A stretch of DNA of 64,000 nucleotides, from positions 9,279 to 73,278 of the forward strand of contig JAUVIR010000003.1 of assembly GCA_030592645.1 (NCBI GenBank). Reading direction: 5' to 3'. A program made the translations under genes and the position numbers. The notes under the pieces are model-generated. The model was not told the origin of the DNA and did no database searches. It saw nothing but the letters and a program-made list of their open reading frames with translations. This DNA comes from Candidatus Fermentibacterota bacterium (GTDB lineage: Bacteria; Fermentibacterota; Fermentibacteria; Fermentibacterales; JCC-6). Below, in pieces: positions 18,738 through 29,025 of the stretch; positions within the stretch are counted from its first letter, which is position 1; every line of letters begins with the position of its first letter.

Positions 18738-21700
18738 TTATCTGTTTCTCCCCTGCTGCTTCCATGCCATCTGTCCAGTTTCACGTAGAGGCTGGGCAGG
18801 ACGATAAGAGTTAAGAGTGTGGCGACCGCAAGGCCTCCCGCTACTGTTCGAGCCATTGGAGCCCACATTACTGAACTTTCAGTAGCCCCTATCGCAAGCG
18901 GCATAAGGGCAAGAATGGTCGTTATCGCGGTCATGAGTATGGGGCGCATTCTTTTCCTTCCAGCAAGAATAATGGCATCCCTGGATGACAGTCCTTTTTT
19001 CCTTCGAAGCTGGTTTGCGTAATCGATAAACACAATACCGTTATTCACAACTATCCCTGTAAGCATCAGCAGGCCTACCAGTGCAGTAAGCCCTATGGTT
19101 GTCCCGGTCAGGAACAGAGTCCAGATAACTCCGATCATAGCAAGCGGAACTTCGATTATGATGATGAAAGGTTCCAGCAGCGACTCAAACTGGGAAGCCA
19201 TGATCATATAAACGAGGATTATTGCAACTCCGATCGCTATTGCCATAGTTCCGAACGCTTCGCCCCTTTCCTTGATATCACCAAGTATTTCGAACCTGTG
19301 ACCGCTGAGATTCAGTGTGTCCATCATAACTTCAACATCGGCCGCAACTTCCCCAAGTGCTCTATCTGATATCCTGCAGCTGACCTCCACCGTCCTCGTT
19401 CTGTTCCTTCTGCCTATCTCCTGGGGAGCCAGTGTACTATGAAAGCTGCCCCATGCATCCAGCGGCATCCCATACGCGATAATACCCGACAGGGCTTCAA
19501 TGCTCGATCTTCTATTCTCCGCGTAACGAAGGTTAACATCGTACTCCTGATTGTTTTCCGTATAGGTCGTGGCATCCAGCCCCAGAATACCGACTGTGAC
19601 CTCCGATCCTATAGCAACGGGGGACTTTCCTCTGAGGAAGAGCACATTCTCATCAGGTTCGAAGTCTATCTGCATCTGCTGGTTCTCCAGCGAGGATGAG
19701 ATATCGACCGTTCCGGGAATTCGCTCCATTTCCGATTTGACCAGTTCCCCTATATCTCGAAGCTCTGAAAGATCATTTCCGTAGATAACTATGCTTACCG
19801 GTAATTCATTCCCGATAGGCATTCCGCTTGTAAGACTGTATTCGATACCGGGTATTTCGGTCAGCAGATCACGTATCGCTGTATCGTAATACTCAATATT
19901 TCTGGATCGCTCGCTCTCTCTGATGAAATACAGGCTTAACTCTCCGTTTGCCGAGGAAGAAGAACCGAACAGGGCACCCATGCCCTCCTGCTTGCCTACA
20001 TTCAGGTAGGAATTCTCCAGGTCGCCCGGCTCGATAAGCTCGATAATTCTGCCTTCGATCGAAACCAGCAGACTGTCCGTGAATTCAAGACCGGTTCCCG
20101 GGGCCAGGCCTATACTGATTTCTATGAGACCTTCCTTCGGTTCCGGAAGAAAAGTCTTTGGAATGAATCTCATCACAAAAATCGATGATACGAACATGAT
20201 GATCACAGGTATGAAAACGAACCTGGAATGTCCGATGAACCAGCTGATGGCTCTGGAGTACCGTTCTTCCATTCTTTCCAGCCAGCGCTGAATCTTCGTA
20301 GACAGCGAACGCTCTTTGTGCTGCTTTATCAGGTTCGCAGACCTCGAGGCCAGCAGAGGTATGAGGGATTGGGAAACAAACAGTGATATGAACAGGGCAG
20401 CTGCGATTGTAAGGCTCAGATCCCTGAATAGCTGCCCGGTCATCCCCGGTACGAACAGCATCGGGATGAATACGGCAACGGTCGTAAGGGTTGATGCTGT
20501 AACCGCCATTCCAACCTGCTTGGCACCATGCTCGGCTGCTTCTGCCTGTCCTTCTCCTTCCCTTCGCCATCTGTGAATGTTCTCAAGAACGACCACCGAA
20601 TTATCAACTATCATTCCGATTGATATGCTTAGCCCTGCCAGTGACATGATGTTAAGGCTAACTCCAAGCAGGTACATCACAGCAAATGACGCCACAAATG
20701 AAAGCGGCATGGAGAGGCTGATTATTCCCGCGTTGGATACAGATCCTAAGAAGAATGTGAGTACCGCAGCAGCAAGTATAATCGCCTGTACCGCAGTCAG
20801 CATCAGGTCCTTCATAGAGCCGGTAATGAACCTTTCCTGGTTGTAGATTATCTCTGTATTCAGGGTACCCGCGTACTCCTCCGAAACTTCAATAATTGCG
20901 GATTCAAGTCTGTTACAGGCATTCACCGTATTGGCATCGGAACTCTTCCTGAAAACCAGAAGGATCGCTTCCCCCTGATTGAGGTGGGTGTATTCTGTCT
21001 GCTCCGCATGGCCATCAATGATCAAAGCTACTTCTTCAAGCCTCACGTTCCGGCCATTCTGATCCCCTATCACCAGTTCCCTGATGCTCTGCAGATTATT
21101 AAAGCCGGACTTCACACTGACTGCGAACTCCATATTGCCATCGCGGATATCGCCCCCCGGCTGGTCTCCTCCGACAGAGCCCAGAGCGCCATATACTCGT
21201 GAAATGGGAATTCCAGTCTCGGCAAGCAGGACAGGATCGACCTCGATATTAATCTGTCTGACCTGCCCTCCGCTGATAGTGACGGAGGAGATGCCCTCGA
21301 CCCTTCCGAGTCTTGGTGAGATATCCTCATCAACAAGATTTCTTATCTGAGTACCGTTCATGATATCGCTGCTGAAAGTCACCATTATCAGTGGTTTCAT
21401 GCTGGATTCCATTGCCATTATGATTGGATCCGTAGCTCCGTCCGGAAGCTGGCTTTTCACCCTGTCAACCGCGTCACTGATATCAATTTCCGCCTGATCA
21501 ATATCGGCGCTGTTCTTAAGCTCAAGCGTAATCATACTGACGCCGTTTTTAGAAACGGAAACAACCGTTTCAACACCCTCAACTCCGGAGACCGCGTCTT
21601 CAATTATCTCAGTTACAAGCCCTTCAACTTCTGAAGGTCCCGCCCCTGGAAGTATTGTTACTACGGAGATCTGCCCAAGGTCAACTTTTGGAAAGTAATC

Positions 21701-21802
21701 GATGCCAAGCTGTGTTACCGCGAACAGACCTGCACCCGCCATCACTACGAAAATCATCAGGAAAGTAACTTTTCTTCTTATGGCAAGTCCTGGAAGGCTC
21801 AT
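18734..21802 (-). CDS. RND efflux permease (AcrB/AcrD/AcrF family)
   Basis: IGMIVDNSVVVLENI, STLTTVAVFIP, ASQFES, GIVVNNGIV, RMRPILMTA; ATGA-coupled to MFP. Confidence 0.96.
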   Translation of the reverse strand: MSLPGLAIRRKVTFLMIFVVMAGAGLFAVTQLGIDYFPKVDLGQISVVTILPGAGPSEVEGLVTEIIEDAVSGVEGVETVVSVSKNGVSMITLELKNSADIDQAEIDISDAVDRVKSQLPDGATDPIIMAMESSMKPLIMVTFSSDIMNGTQIRNLVDEDISPRLGRVEGISSVTISGGQVRQINIEVDPVLLAETGIPISRVYGALGSVGGDQPGGDIRDGNMEFAVSVKSGFNNLQSIRELVIGDQNGRNVRLEEVALIIDGHAEQTEYTHLNQGEAILLVFRKSSDANTVNACNRLESAIIEVSEEYAGTLNTEIIYNQERFITGSMKDLMLTAVQAIILAAAVLTFFLGSVSNAGIISLSMPLSFVASFAVMYLLGVSLNIMSLAGLSISIGMIVDNSVVVLENIHRWRREGEGQAEAAEHGAKQVGMAVTASTLTTVAVFIPMLFVPGMTGQLFRDLSLTIAAALFISLFVSQSLIPLLASRSANLIKQHKERSLSTKIQRWLERMEERYSRAISWFIGHSRFVFIPVIIMFVSSIFVMRFIPKTFLPEPKEGLIEISIGLAPGTGLEFTDSLLVSIEGRIIELIEPGDLENSYLNVGKQEGMGALFGSSSSANGELSLYFIRESERSRNIEYYDTAIRDLLTEIPGIEYSLTSGMPIGNELPVSIVIYGNDLSELRDIGELVKSEMERIPGTVDISSSLENQQMQIDFEPDENVLFLRGKSPVAIGSEVTVGILGLDATTYTENNQEYDVNLRYAENRRSSIEALSGIIAYGMPLDAWGSFHSTLAPQEIGRRNRTRTVEVSCRISDRALGEVAADVEVMMDTLNLSGHRFEILGDIKERGEAFGTMAIAIGVAIILVYMIMASQFESLLEPFIIIIEVPLAMIGVIWTLFLTGTTIGLTALVGLLMLTGIVVNNGIVFIDYANQLRRKKGLSSRDAIILAGRKRMRPILMTAITTILALMPLAIGATESSVMWAPMARTVAGGLAVATLLTLIVLPSLYVKLDRWHGSSRGETDK

Positions 21803-22860
21803 CGCTGCACCACCCATACTGGTGAACCATCAGCAACAAGATGATGACCGAGAAGAATGACCGAGTCTCCCGGTTCCACCCCCATAGTTATTTCAAAATA
21901 CGTTCCGTTAATAATTCCGATTTCAACCTGGTTGATCCTGGCGATACCGTTACTAACCACTGCTGCTTCCCACGTGGATTCATCTCTATGAAGCAGCACC
22001 CGAAGAGGAAGGACGATTGTACCCTCCGAGGTTTCAAGCCCGATGGTTGCGATACCGGTCATCCCCGAGCGGAGCCTGCCGGAACTGTCATGAAACTGAA
22101 CCATTACTGAAATCAGTCCAGATAAGGGATCAATAGAGGACGAGAAGGATATAACTTCCCCGGAAAATAGCTCTTCGGGGTAATGGGAAGTTGCAAAGAT
22201 CACAGGCAACCCTTCAGCCAGATATTGAAAATGCCGCTCTGCAATCAGTAATTCTGACGAAACGACACCTCCGGCCGCTATTGAGATGAGAGGTCCTGAA
22301 GAAAGGTTGCCCTCCCTTGCCCAGACCCTGGTAACGGTTCCCTTGAACGGCGCCAGTATCTTTCCGCTCTCCTCTCTACTGCTTGCGTTTTCGTATCCGG
22401 CAAGAGCCTGTCTTACTGCCGCTTCTGCAGCCGCTGATGCGGCTATTGCCATTTCGTATTCAGTTTCGCTTACAGCTCCATCCAGCCTGAGCCGATCAGC
22501 TCTCTGAAGGTTGGTTCTGGCGTTTGATGCCGCTGTTCGCGCTGCCGTAATCTGTGCTGAGGAAGCGGAAACAGCACTGCTGTACTGCTGATCTGTTGAA
22601 AGCTCAACAAGGATATCACCCTCCTGAACTTCATCGCCTTCACTGACGAGAACATCCAGAATTCTTCCGGGGTTCAACGCTGTGATCAACGCTTCGCTGC
22701 CCGATTCGAGCCTGCATGCAGCAACTACTGTTGAACTTATCACCTGTTGTTCCGCCACCATTACAGTTACCGGGATAGGCTTTTCAGCCATTATCTCCGG
22801 CTGTCCGCAGGAGATCAGTAATAAGAAAGCGGGCAGAAGGAGAGCTGTAAATCTTTTCAT
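21799..22860 (-). CDS. RND membrane fusion protein (lipoprotein)
   Basis: Lipobox LISC; lipoyl halves VSEGDEVQEGDILVEL and ILAPFKGTV; LRSGM. Confidence 0.93.
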   Translation of the reverse strand: MKRFTALLLPAFLLLISCGQPEIMAEKPIPVTVMVAEQQVISSTVVAACRLESGSEALITALNPGRILDVLVSEGDEVQEGDILVELSTDQQYSSAVSASSAQITAARTAASNARTNLQRADRLRLDGAVSETEYEMAIAASAAAEAAVRQALAGYENASSREESGKILAPFKGTVTRVWAREGNLSSGPLISIAAGGVVSSELLIAERHFQYLAEGLPVIFATSHYPEELFSGEVISFSSSIDPLSGLISVMVQFHDSSGRLRSGMTGIATIGLETSEGTIVLPLRVLLHRDESTWEAAVVSNGIARINQVEIGIINGTYFEITMGVEPGDSVILLGHHLVADGSPVWVVQR

Positions 22861-23456
22861 TTCGTCCCTGCAATTCCGTCCAGAAGTATTTTTCCGGCTG
22901 CTTCAATAAACTTTTCATTCATTTCATCCTCTTTCAAATCTTCGCCAAGCCATGCTGATATCTTACTTCGTGAAAGGAACCACATTTCGCAGATGGCCAT
23001 GAAGCAGATAACGAACATTCTGGGGTCTATATCATCCCTGAATACACCCTTTTTCTGGAGTTCGTTTAGTTTTTCAATTACTTCTCTCCTCATTTCCAGA
23101 GGAGGGTCCATGGGGAATGTCTGCTCTGCATTGAGCCATGCAAGCATCCGCACGAACTGCGGGTTATCCCTCAGGAATTCAAAATAGGTGGTGTGGTTCT
23201 TCCTGCTCCTTACTGCCCTCAAACCCTCTGAAGAAATGGATGACACCATCTCTATCATCCGTTCGGGTAATTTTGCCTGGGATACCCTTCTTTGAATAAC
23301 TTCGTCCCATAATTCCCTTTTGGATGAGAAGTAATGATAAAGAAGGCTTTTCGCCACATCAGCCTGCTCCGCGATACTTTTCATGGAGGAGCCGGAAAAC
23401 CCGCTGTTAACGAAAATCTCCTCGGCGGCATTCAGTATATTGTCCCTTGTAGTCAT
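22857..23456 (-). CDS. TetR/AcrR family regulator
   Basis: ILNAAEEIF..GFSGSSMKSIAEQADVAKSLLYHYFSSK. Confidence 0.95.
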   Translation of the reverse strand: MTTRDNILNAAEEIFVNSGFSGSSMKSIAEQADVAKSLLYHYFSSKRELWDEVIQRRVSQAKLPERMIEMVSSISSEGLRAVRSRKNHTTYFEFLRDNPQFVRMLAWLNAEQTFPMDPPLEMRREVIEKLNELQKKGVFRDDIDPRMFVICFMAICEMWFLSRSKISAWLGEDLKEDEMNEKFIEAAGKILLDGIAGTK

Positions 23457-23476
23457 AAATCACCTGTTTCCGTTTG

Positions 23477-23523
23477 ACTGACCGTTCGGTCAGTAAAGAT
23501 ACAAAGGAATTTCTGTATGTCAA
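23477..23523 (-). promoter_or_regulatory. TetR operator and promoter of the efflux operon
   Basis: Inverted repeat ACTGACCG-TT-CGGTCAGT 23477-23494; minus-strand TTGACA (23523-23518), 16 bp, TATCTT directly before it. Confidence 0.8.
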
Positions 23524-23550
23524 TGTTCGGAGATCCGGATTTACATGAAT

Positions 23551-24939
23551 TCAGATATGCTGTGTCTGCCTGAGCTCCGGATGTTCGGCAAGGTAATCAA
23601 GATAGACCCGAGGGGATGCCATTTCAGGAAGGATTCCCTGATGAACCAGTTCTTCAAGATTGCCGAGGATCACTCCAATTCCACTGGATGATTCCACATC
23701 TGCCCTTTTCATAAGTACTTTCCCGAGATCCCGGGGAAGCACCCGCCTGCTTGTATCAGGCGAAAGTCTGCGCAGTCTTTCCCGCAGTTCCGCCATCCTC
23801 GCGGCACCGTTTGAAGAATAGGGTTCGGCATGTGCGGCGATATCAGCTTGCGCAAGGTCCAGCAGAGGTTCCAGGTATTCTCCGGATTCCGCGGCAAGCT
23901 TTCTCACGGCCCTGTCGGACCATTCGCTCGAATAGAGTACAGGCCTCATGTGATTCTTCACGAGGAAGGATAGACACTTCTTCTCCTTTTTTGAAAACCT
24001 GAAACTTTCAGCTGTCTCATTCACACGATCAGAGCCGATCTTCTCATGACCGTAGAAATGCGTATTTCCCTCTTCGTCTACGGTTCTGCTGGAAGGTTTT
24101 CCAATGTCGTGCAGAAGGGCTGCCCACCGAAGGCAGGCTGAATCACCATTCGTGTTCATCACAACATCAAGTGTGTGCTCCCAGATATCACCGTAGTGAG
24201 CTTTGCCCTGCGGCATTCCGTTGAGAATGAACATTTCGCGAAAACGCGGGATCATGTCCTGAAGAATTTCCGTATCCCTCATCATCTGCAGAACTCTTGC
24301 AACTTCTTCACCATTTTCAGCTGTAAGCAGGGAGTTCATTTCCATTTTCCAGCGTTCCCGCGATATATCCATGATGCGGTGATGCTCTTTCCCTATCGCT
24401 TCGAGCGTCTTTTTCTCGATCGAAAAACCGAGGCGGCAGGCGAATCGGAACGCCCGGAGCATTCGGAGCGGATCTTCACTGAAGGTCTCTTCCGGATTCA
24501 GAGGAGTCCTGATGACTTTCCCCTTCAAATCTATCCTGCCGCCCAGGGGATCGATAATGGCTCCCTTTTCATCCATGGCGATTGCGTTCACAGTGAAATC
24601 ACGCCTTACAAGATCCTCTTCAAGATTACTTCCAAAGACAACATCGGGATGACGGGAGCCCTTGCGGTAACTCTCCTCACACCTGTATGTGGTTATCTGT
24701 ATTTCAATCGGTCCTGAATCGGTTTTTATGACAGCAGCAACGGTACCGAATTCCATCCCGATGGGAATAGCGCGGAAGCTGTTCGATTCAAGTATATCTT
24801 TTGTAACCTCAGGCCTGGCGCTGGTGGCAAAATCGTAGTCTTCGGTTTCCCTTCCCAGAAGTCTGTCCCTCACATAACCGCCCACGAGAAACAGTTCTTC
24901 GCCGTTCTCCGCGAAAAGTCTGAAAAGCATTTCAAGCAC
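23551..24939 (-). CDS. cca: CCA tRNA nucleotidyltransferase with HD domain
   Basis: LVGGYVRD, DYDFAT, EDLVRRDFTVNA, EDPLRMLRAFRF, SRER, LLHDIGK. Confidence 0.92.
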   Translation of the reverse strand: MLEMLFRLFAENGEELFLVGGYVRDRLLGRETEDYDFATSARPEVTKDILESNSFRAIPIGMEFGTVAAVIKTDSGPIEIQITTYRCEESYRKGSRHPDVVFGSNLEEDLVRRDFTVNAIAMDEKGAIIDPLGGRIDLKGKVIRTPLNPEETFSEDPLRMLRAFRFACRLGFSIEKKTLEAIGKEHHRIMDISRERWKMEMNSLLTAENGEEVARVLQMMRDTEILQDMIPRFREMFILNGMPQGKAHYGDIWEHTLDVVMNTNGDSACLRWAALLHDIGKPSSRTVDEEGNTHFYGHEKIGSDRVNETAESFRFSKKEKKCLSFLVKNHMRPVLYSSEWSDRAVRKLAAESGEYLEPLLDLAQADIAAHAEPYSSNGAARMAELRERLRRLSPDTSRRVLPRDLGKVLMKRADVESSSGIGVILGNLEELVHQGILPEMASPRVYLDYLAEHPELRQTQHI

Positions 24940-25040
24940 TTGCCATCACCCCTGTCGGAAACAGATACATGAATCCCCTGTCAGTCTATCCGGATTATAC
25001 GAAATTTGATTATCTTCCGCAGAATACGAAAGGAGATAAT

Positions 25041-25997
25041 TTGGCATTACCTGCAACAGCCTGGAGACAGATCAGAGAGGCCGCGGGGGTCAGTTTCATC
25101 CTTTTCCGTATAATGGTCCCTGTTGTCATCGCAGTAAAAATCCTCAGTGAACTGGGTCTGGTAAAATACATAGCTACAGCCTTCGAACCCGTGATGAGCC
25201 TGGTGGGCCTGCCCGGTGAGATGGGGCTTGTATGGGCAACCGCTGTTGTCACCAACATGTACGGCGGGATCGTGATATTCGCCTCGATCGCCCCCGGTCT
25301 TCACATGTCAACAGCCCAGATAACTGTTATTGCCTGCATGATACTTGTGGCTCACTCCATGGCGGTCGAGACCACCATCGCCAGAAAAACAGGCGTACGC
25401 ATACGCTTCATGATACCTTTCCGGATACTGTGCGCGCTTCTTTTTGGATTCATCCTCAACAGTATCTACACTCTGGGAGGCTTTCTGCAGGAAGAGGGTC
25501 ATATCCTCTGGGAAGCATCATCGGGCGGTAACAGCCTGGGTTCATGGGCTTTCGCTCAATTGCAGAACCTTGCTGTAATTTTCCTTATCGTACTTGTGCT
25601 TATCATCCTGATGAAGATCCTGGACAGGCTTGGTATTACAAAGGTCATGAATACATTGCTTGAACCTGTTCTGACTTCGATGGGCATAGGTAAATCCGCC
25701 AGTACCGTAACCATACTGGGGATGGTTCTGGGAATTTCCTATGGAGGCGGACTGATCATCCGTGATGTTAATTCGGGGAAACTCTCCAGCAGGGATGTTT
25801 TCTTCTCCATATCCCTGATGGGGCTTTCACACGCCATTGTCGAGGATACTCTTCTTATGATGTCCCTGGGAGGAAACGTCACAGGCCTTCTTTTCGGCAG
25901 AATAGCTTTTACATGGATAGTAATTTCATGTCTTGTGCGTTTTGTCAGAAAAATGCCCGATTCTGCTTTCTACAGATATTTCTTCAGAAAGAGTTAG
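25041..25997 (+). CDS. Nucleoside-recognition Gate-domain membrane protein
   Basis: FEPVMSLVGLPG, TNMYGG, LGISYGGGLI, HAIVEDTLL; many TM helices; TTG start after AAGGAG. Confidence 0.75.
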   Translation: MALPATAWRQIREAAGVSFILFRIMVPVVIAVKILSELGLVKYIATAFEPVMSLVGLPGEMGLVWATAVVTNMYGGIVIFASIAPGLHMSTAQITVIACMILVAHSMAVETTIARKTGVRIRFMIPFRILCALLFGFILNSIYTLGGFLQEEGHILWEASSGGNSLGSWAFAQLQNLAVIFLIVLVLIILMKILDRLGITKVMNTLLEPVLTSMGIGKSASTVTILGMVLGISYGGGLIIRDVNSGKLSSRDVFFSISLMGLSHAIVEDTLLMMSLGGNVTGLLFGRIAFTWIVISCLVRFVRKMPDSAFYRYFFRKS

Positions 25998-26644
25998 AAT
26001 GAAGTCTTGATCATTCCCCAGGTGGATTGTTCAAGACGGACAGAGGGATAGTTAAGAATGCTGAACAGGTATATGTCCCACTCAATGTTTGCCTCAGCAG
26101 CTATTCCTCCCCACCAATAACTTTCAACAAGCCCCTTGAATGTAAATGAAAGTGTATCTCCTGCCCAAACATCGGAAAGTGATATGTAGACAGAGCCACT
26201 GTCTATCAAACTGTACCACGCTCTAGTATCCAAAAGTTTTCCATTGCTAGAATCACTATTTAGATTAATTTTCCCACCACATGAGTCGACTATTTCCCAA
26301 AGCTCAATTGCATGTGGTGGACTTGAACTATACATATTAAGGGTTGATGTGCTTCTAGCCCAATCTGTTGGCCAACCAGAAGAACCGCCATGACCCCACC
26401 AGTAATGATCGAAGACAAGAACCAGGGAATCAGCAGACAGGGGGACAACAAAATCAGGTGAGATGAGGCTATCTTCTATGCTGTTGCCCATTCCGTCACA
26501 CATTAAATCAAGAAAAATACTCTCTTCAGTGTATTCCCAGAAGGGACCGGCAATCCAATCACCTGATGTTGATGAAAAATCAACGGTCCAGAGAGTATCC
26601 ACGGATTGGGGGACTAGACACAAGATGAAGAATAGCATATTCAT
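25994..26644 (-). CDS. Secreted hypothetical protein with C-terminal TWGxIK-type motif
   Basis: Short signal peptide, beta-rich body (DSLISP..LVFDHYW), ends LEQSTWGMIKTSF. Confidence 0.8.
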   Translation of the reverse strand: MNMLFFILCLVPQSVDTLWTVDFSSTSGDWIAGPFWEYTEESIFLDLMCDGMGNSIEDSLISPDFVVPLSADSLVLVFDHYWWGHGGSSGWPTDWARSTSTLNMYSSSPPHAIELWEIVDSCGGKINLNSDSSNGKLLDTRAWYSLIDSGSVYISLSDVWAGDTLSFTFKGLVESYWWGGIAAEANIEWDIYLFSILNYPSVRLEQSTWGMIKTSF

Positions 26645-26704
26645 TATTTATCACCTATATTATTCTAAGGCAATAATTAAACCGTGTCAAGGAAGGAGTC
26701 TGAT

Positions 26705-28024
26705 ATGCTTACTTTGCTTGTAAGAACAGCGCTTCTCGTTGCCCTGGCAACTTTGGGGATAGAGAACTGGTTCTTCCTGGATGATGATATGCCTCGATAT
26801 GACGAGTTTCGGATAATGGAGCTTGTTCTTTCAGGTGATAATCCCGTAGTGGTTGGATTTGTTGATGATTACAATCCCACAGACCACAACCGACTGTTTA
26901 CCATGCGTGAGTATGAACTAGAGAACGATTTATGGAGCAGAATATGGTATTTCAATTACGATGGTGGTCAGTGGGACGATGATGGATACGCAATAACAAG
27001 TTACAGAACAGATGATAATCCCCCCGAAGAGCGCTTTCTTGGTGTAGGCTTTCACCAGGTTGATCTTCCTTATGCTACACAAAGCACGCGTGAAGCGGGA
27101 CTTGTTGTACTTCTGGATGATAACGGTGACACGATCTGTGCACCTTTTACTTTCAGGGAAGACTGGAGTAATGTAGCTTGCTGAGATGTGGTTTACATAG
27201 GAGATCTGGATCAAGAGGAAGAGGTATATGCAACCTGTGGCTGGTACTTTGACAATGAAGAGACTCCGGTAATGCATGCTCTCGTTGAAATTGCTTATGG
27301 TAACACTGAAGTAGAGGTGATAGAGGACTCCGATATTAGCGGGGTTTGGGCAAATATCATTTACGATTCTTCTGAGGAGCTTCTTGTACTGGGGGGATTC
27401 CAAGAGGATGATGTGGATGGATACGGAAATATCAGGTTGGGCTGTATCGACCTGACAAGTACACCCTATGAGATCGATGAACAGGATGACTGGGGCTCAG
27501 GCACCTACGAGCTTCTTGATGGACCTCTGGTTTTCGTGGATGACGGTCTCTATATACTTTTTGGTAACGGCATAGATGTAACCCCTGATCCTGATATTAG
27601 GTCAGTGGCTGCAACATTCTGGGAATGGGATTCTGGTTCATTTCCCTCTCTTGATTTAGAAGATTGGGAACTGTATACAAATGACGACGAATTCGATGAT
27701 TATGAGGATATTGGTGTGTTTGCAGCAACTTACGATTATTCATCTGACCCGGAACGAGTGATAATGATTTTGAATGCTGTTACGGATGGTTTCTCAGAAG
27801 ATCCTTACATTCTTGTGGCAAGTATTGAAGTAGATCCAGTAAATCATACTCTTGGAGACATGACAATGATCGCTGAGCTTGAAGTAACACCTGAATTAGG
27901 CTATACGGTAGAAGCCGGTGACTTCGTATTTACAGACATTAGTCCAGTTGAAGGCATCGGTGGTGGTTCTGCGAATTCTGCATCTGTTCAGAAATTCTGG
28001 ATATTCAGGATCGAGGATAATTGA
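26705..28024 (+). pseudogene. Acidic secreted beta-rich protein split by one in-frame TGA (nonsense allele, error or read-through)
   Basis: ORFs 26684-27184 and 27188-28024 share a frame: GCT TGC TGA GAT GTG; RBS AAGGAG and signal peptide only on the first part; joined length 439 codons. Confidence 0.7.
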
Positions 28025-28062
28025 GATTGCTTTAGCATAATAGAATTGGAATCAGCTTAATA

Positions 28063-28458
28063 ATGCAATACGGAGAAACGGAAAGCGGGAGCTCAGGCAG
28101 ACCGGTTAAGGGTCCGAAAACGAGCGCCGGTGCCTGCAGATTTGCAGCAGGCGGCATTCGACTGGCCCCCGGAGAGGAACCTGCAAAAGCTCTGAAGGAG
28201 CTGGTCCGTCATTGCAGAATGCGCAAAGCCAGCCACGTAAGCTGGGCATGCAGGCTTACAACGGATGGAAAAATATCCGAGATGAAAGGTGACGGGGGCG
28301 AAAGCGGCGCGGGAAATATCATTCTGGACGTGCTGCGTAAATCCTCTGCCGAGAATATTCTTATAGCGGTTGCCAGATGGTACGGAGGGAAACACCTTGG
28401 CGGATTGCGCTTCCGTATTTACAGGAAGCTCACTTCGGAGATGCTGGAAACACTTTAG
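28063..28458 (+). CDS. YigZ/IMPACT family protein (N-terminal domain only)
   Basis: KASHVSWA, DGGESGAG, VARWYGGKHLG. Confidence 0.85.
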   Translation: MQYGETESGSSGRPVKGPKTSAGACRFAAGGIRLAPGEEPAKALKELVRHCRMRKASHVSWACRLTTDGKISEMKGDGGESGAGNIILDVLRKSSAENILIAVARWYGGKHLGGLRFRIYRKLTSEMLETL

Positions 28459-29014
28459 CCCCAAGTCTGCAGAGATCCCCGCCGGTGAGGAAAGCCTGCC
28501 TCATAAGCTCTTCATCCTCCATCACTTCTTCAGCGCTTTCCAGAGCACACACCTGGACGGTTTCGATGATATCAAGTCCCGCCATACCCCACGCTTCCTT
28601 CATGCTGTCTATCTGATTGAGGAACAGCTCCGGTTTCTCGGCGCCCTGGGTAACGACGAAAACGGTTTTCTTCCGACCAAGCCTGCTCTTGAATCCCTCT
28701 CCTATAAGGCTGAAAAGTCTGTCTGTGAAAGCCTTCATCTGGGCAGTCATATAGTAGAAGTAAATGGGTGTACCCAGAATAATACTATCCGCTTTTCTAA
28801 GTTCCTCGAAGAGAGGTCTCATATCATCATCAAGAACACATACACCCGTTTTCCGGCACTTCATGCATGCATGACAGCCCATGATGTGAAGCAGCCCGAT
28901 ATGAAATACAGAGGTATCGGCTCCAGCATCTTCCGCGCCGCGGAGAACCTGCCTTACTACAGCATCGGTAACACCATCAGGTCTTGGACTTCCAATAAAT
29001 GCGGCAACTTTCAT
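28430..29014 (-). CDS. Iron-sulfur flavoprotein / flavodoxin family
   Basis: GSPR, GCHACMKC..C..DDM, LGTPIYF, MKAFTDRL. Confidence 0.9.
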   Translation of the reverse strand: MKVAAFIGSPRPDGVTDAVVRQVLRGAEDAGADTSVFHIGLLHIMGCHACMKCRKTGVCVLDDDMRPLFEELRKADSIILGTPIYFYYMTAQMKAFTDRLFSLIGEGFKSRLGRKKTVFVVTQGAEKPELFLNQIDSMKEAWGMAGLDIIETVQVCALESAEEVMEDEELMRQAFLTGGDLCRLGAKVFPASPK

Positions 29015-29025
29015 ATTGTCCCCTC

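Noticed and set aside
27182-27184. Genome-wide TGA reassignment
   Set aside because: Many conserved genes end at TGA, often in ATGA overlaps, and no other conserved gene is interrupted.
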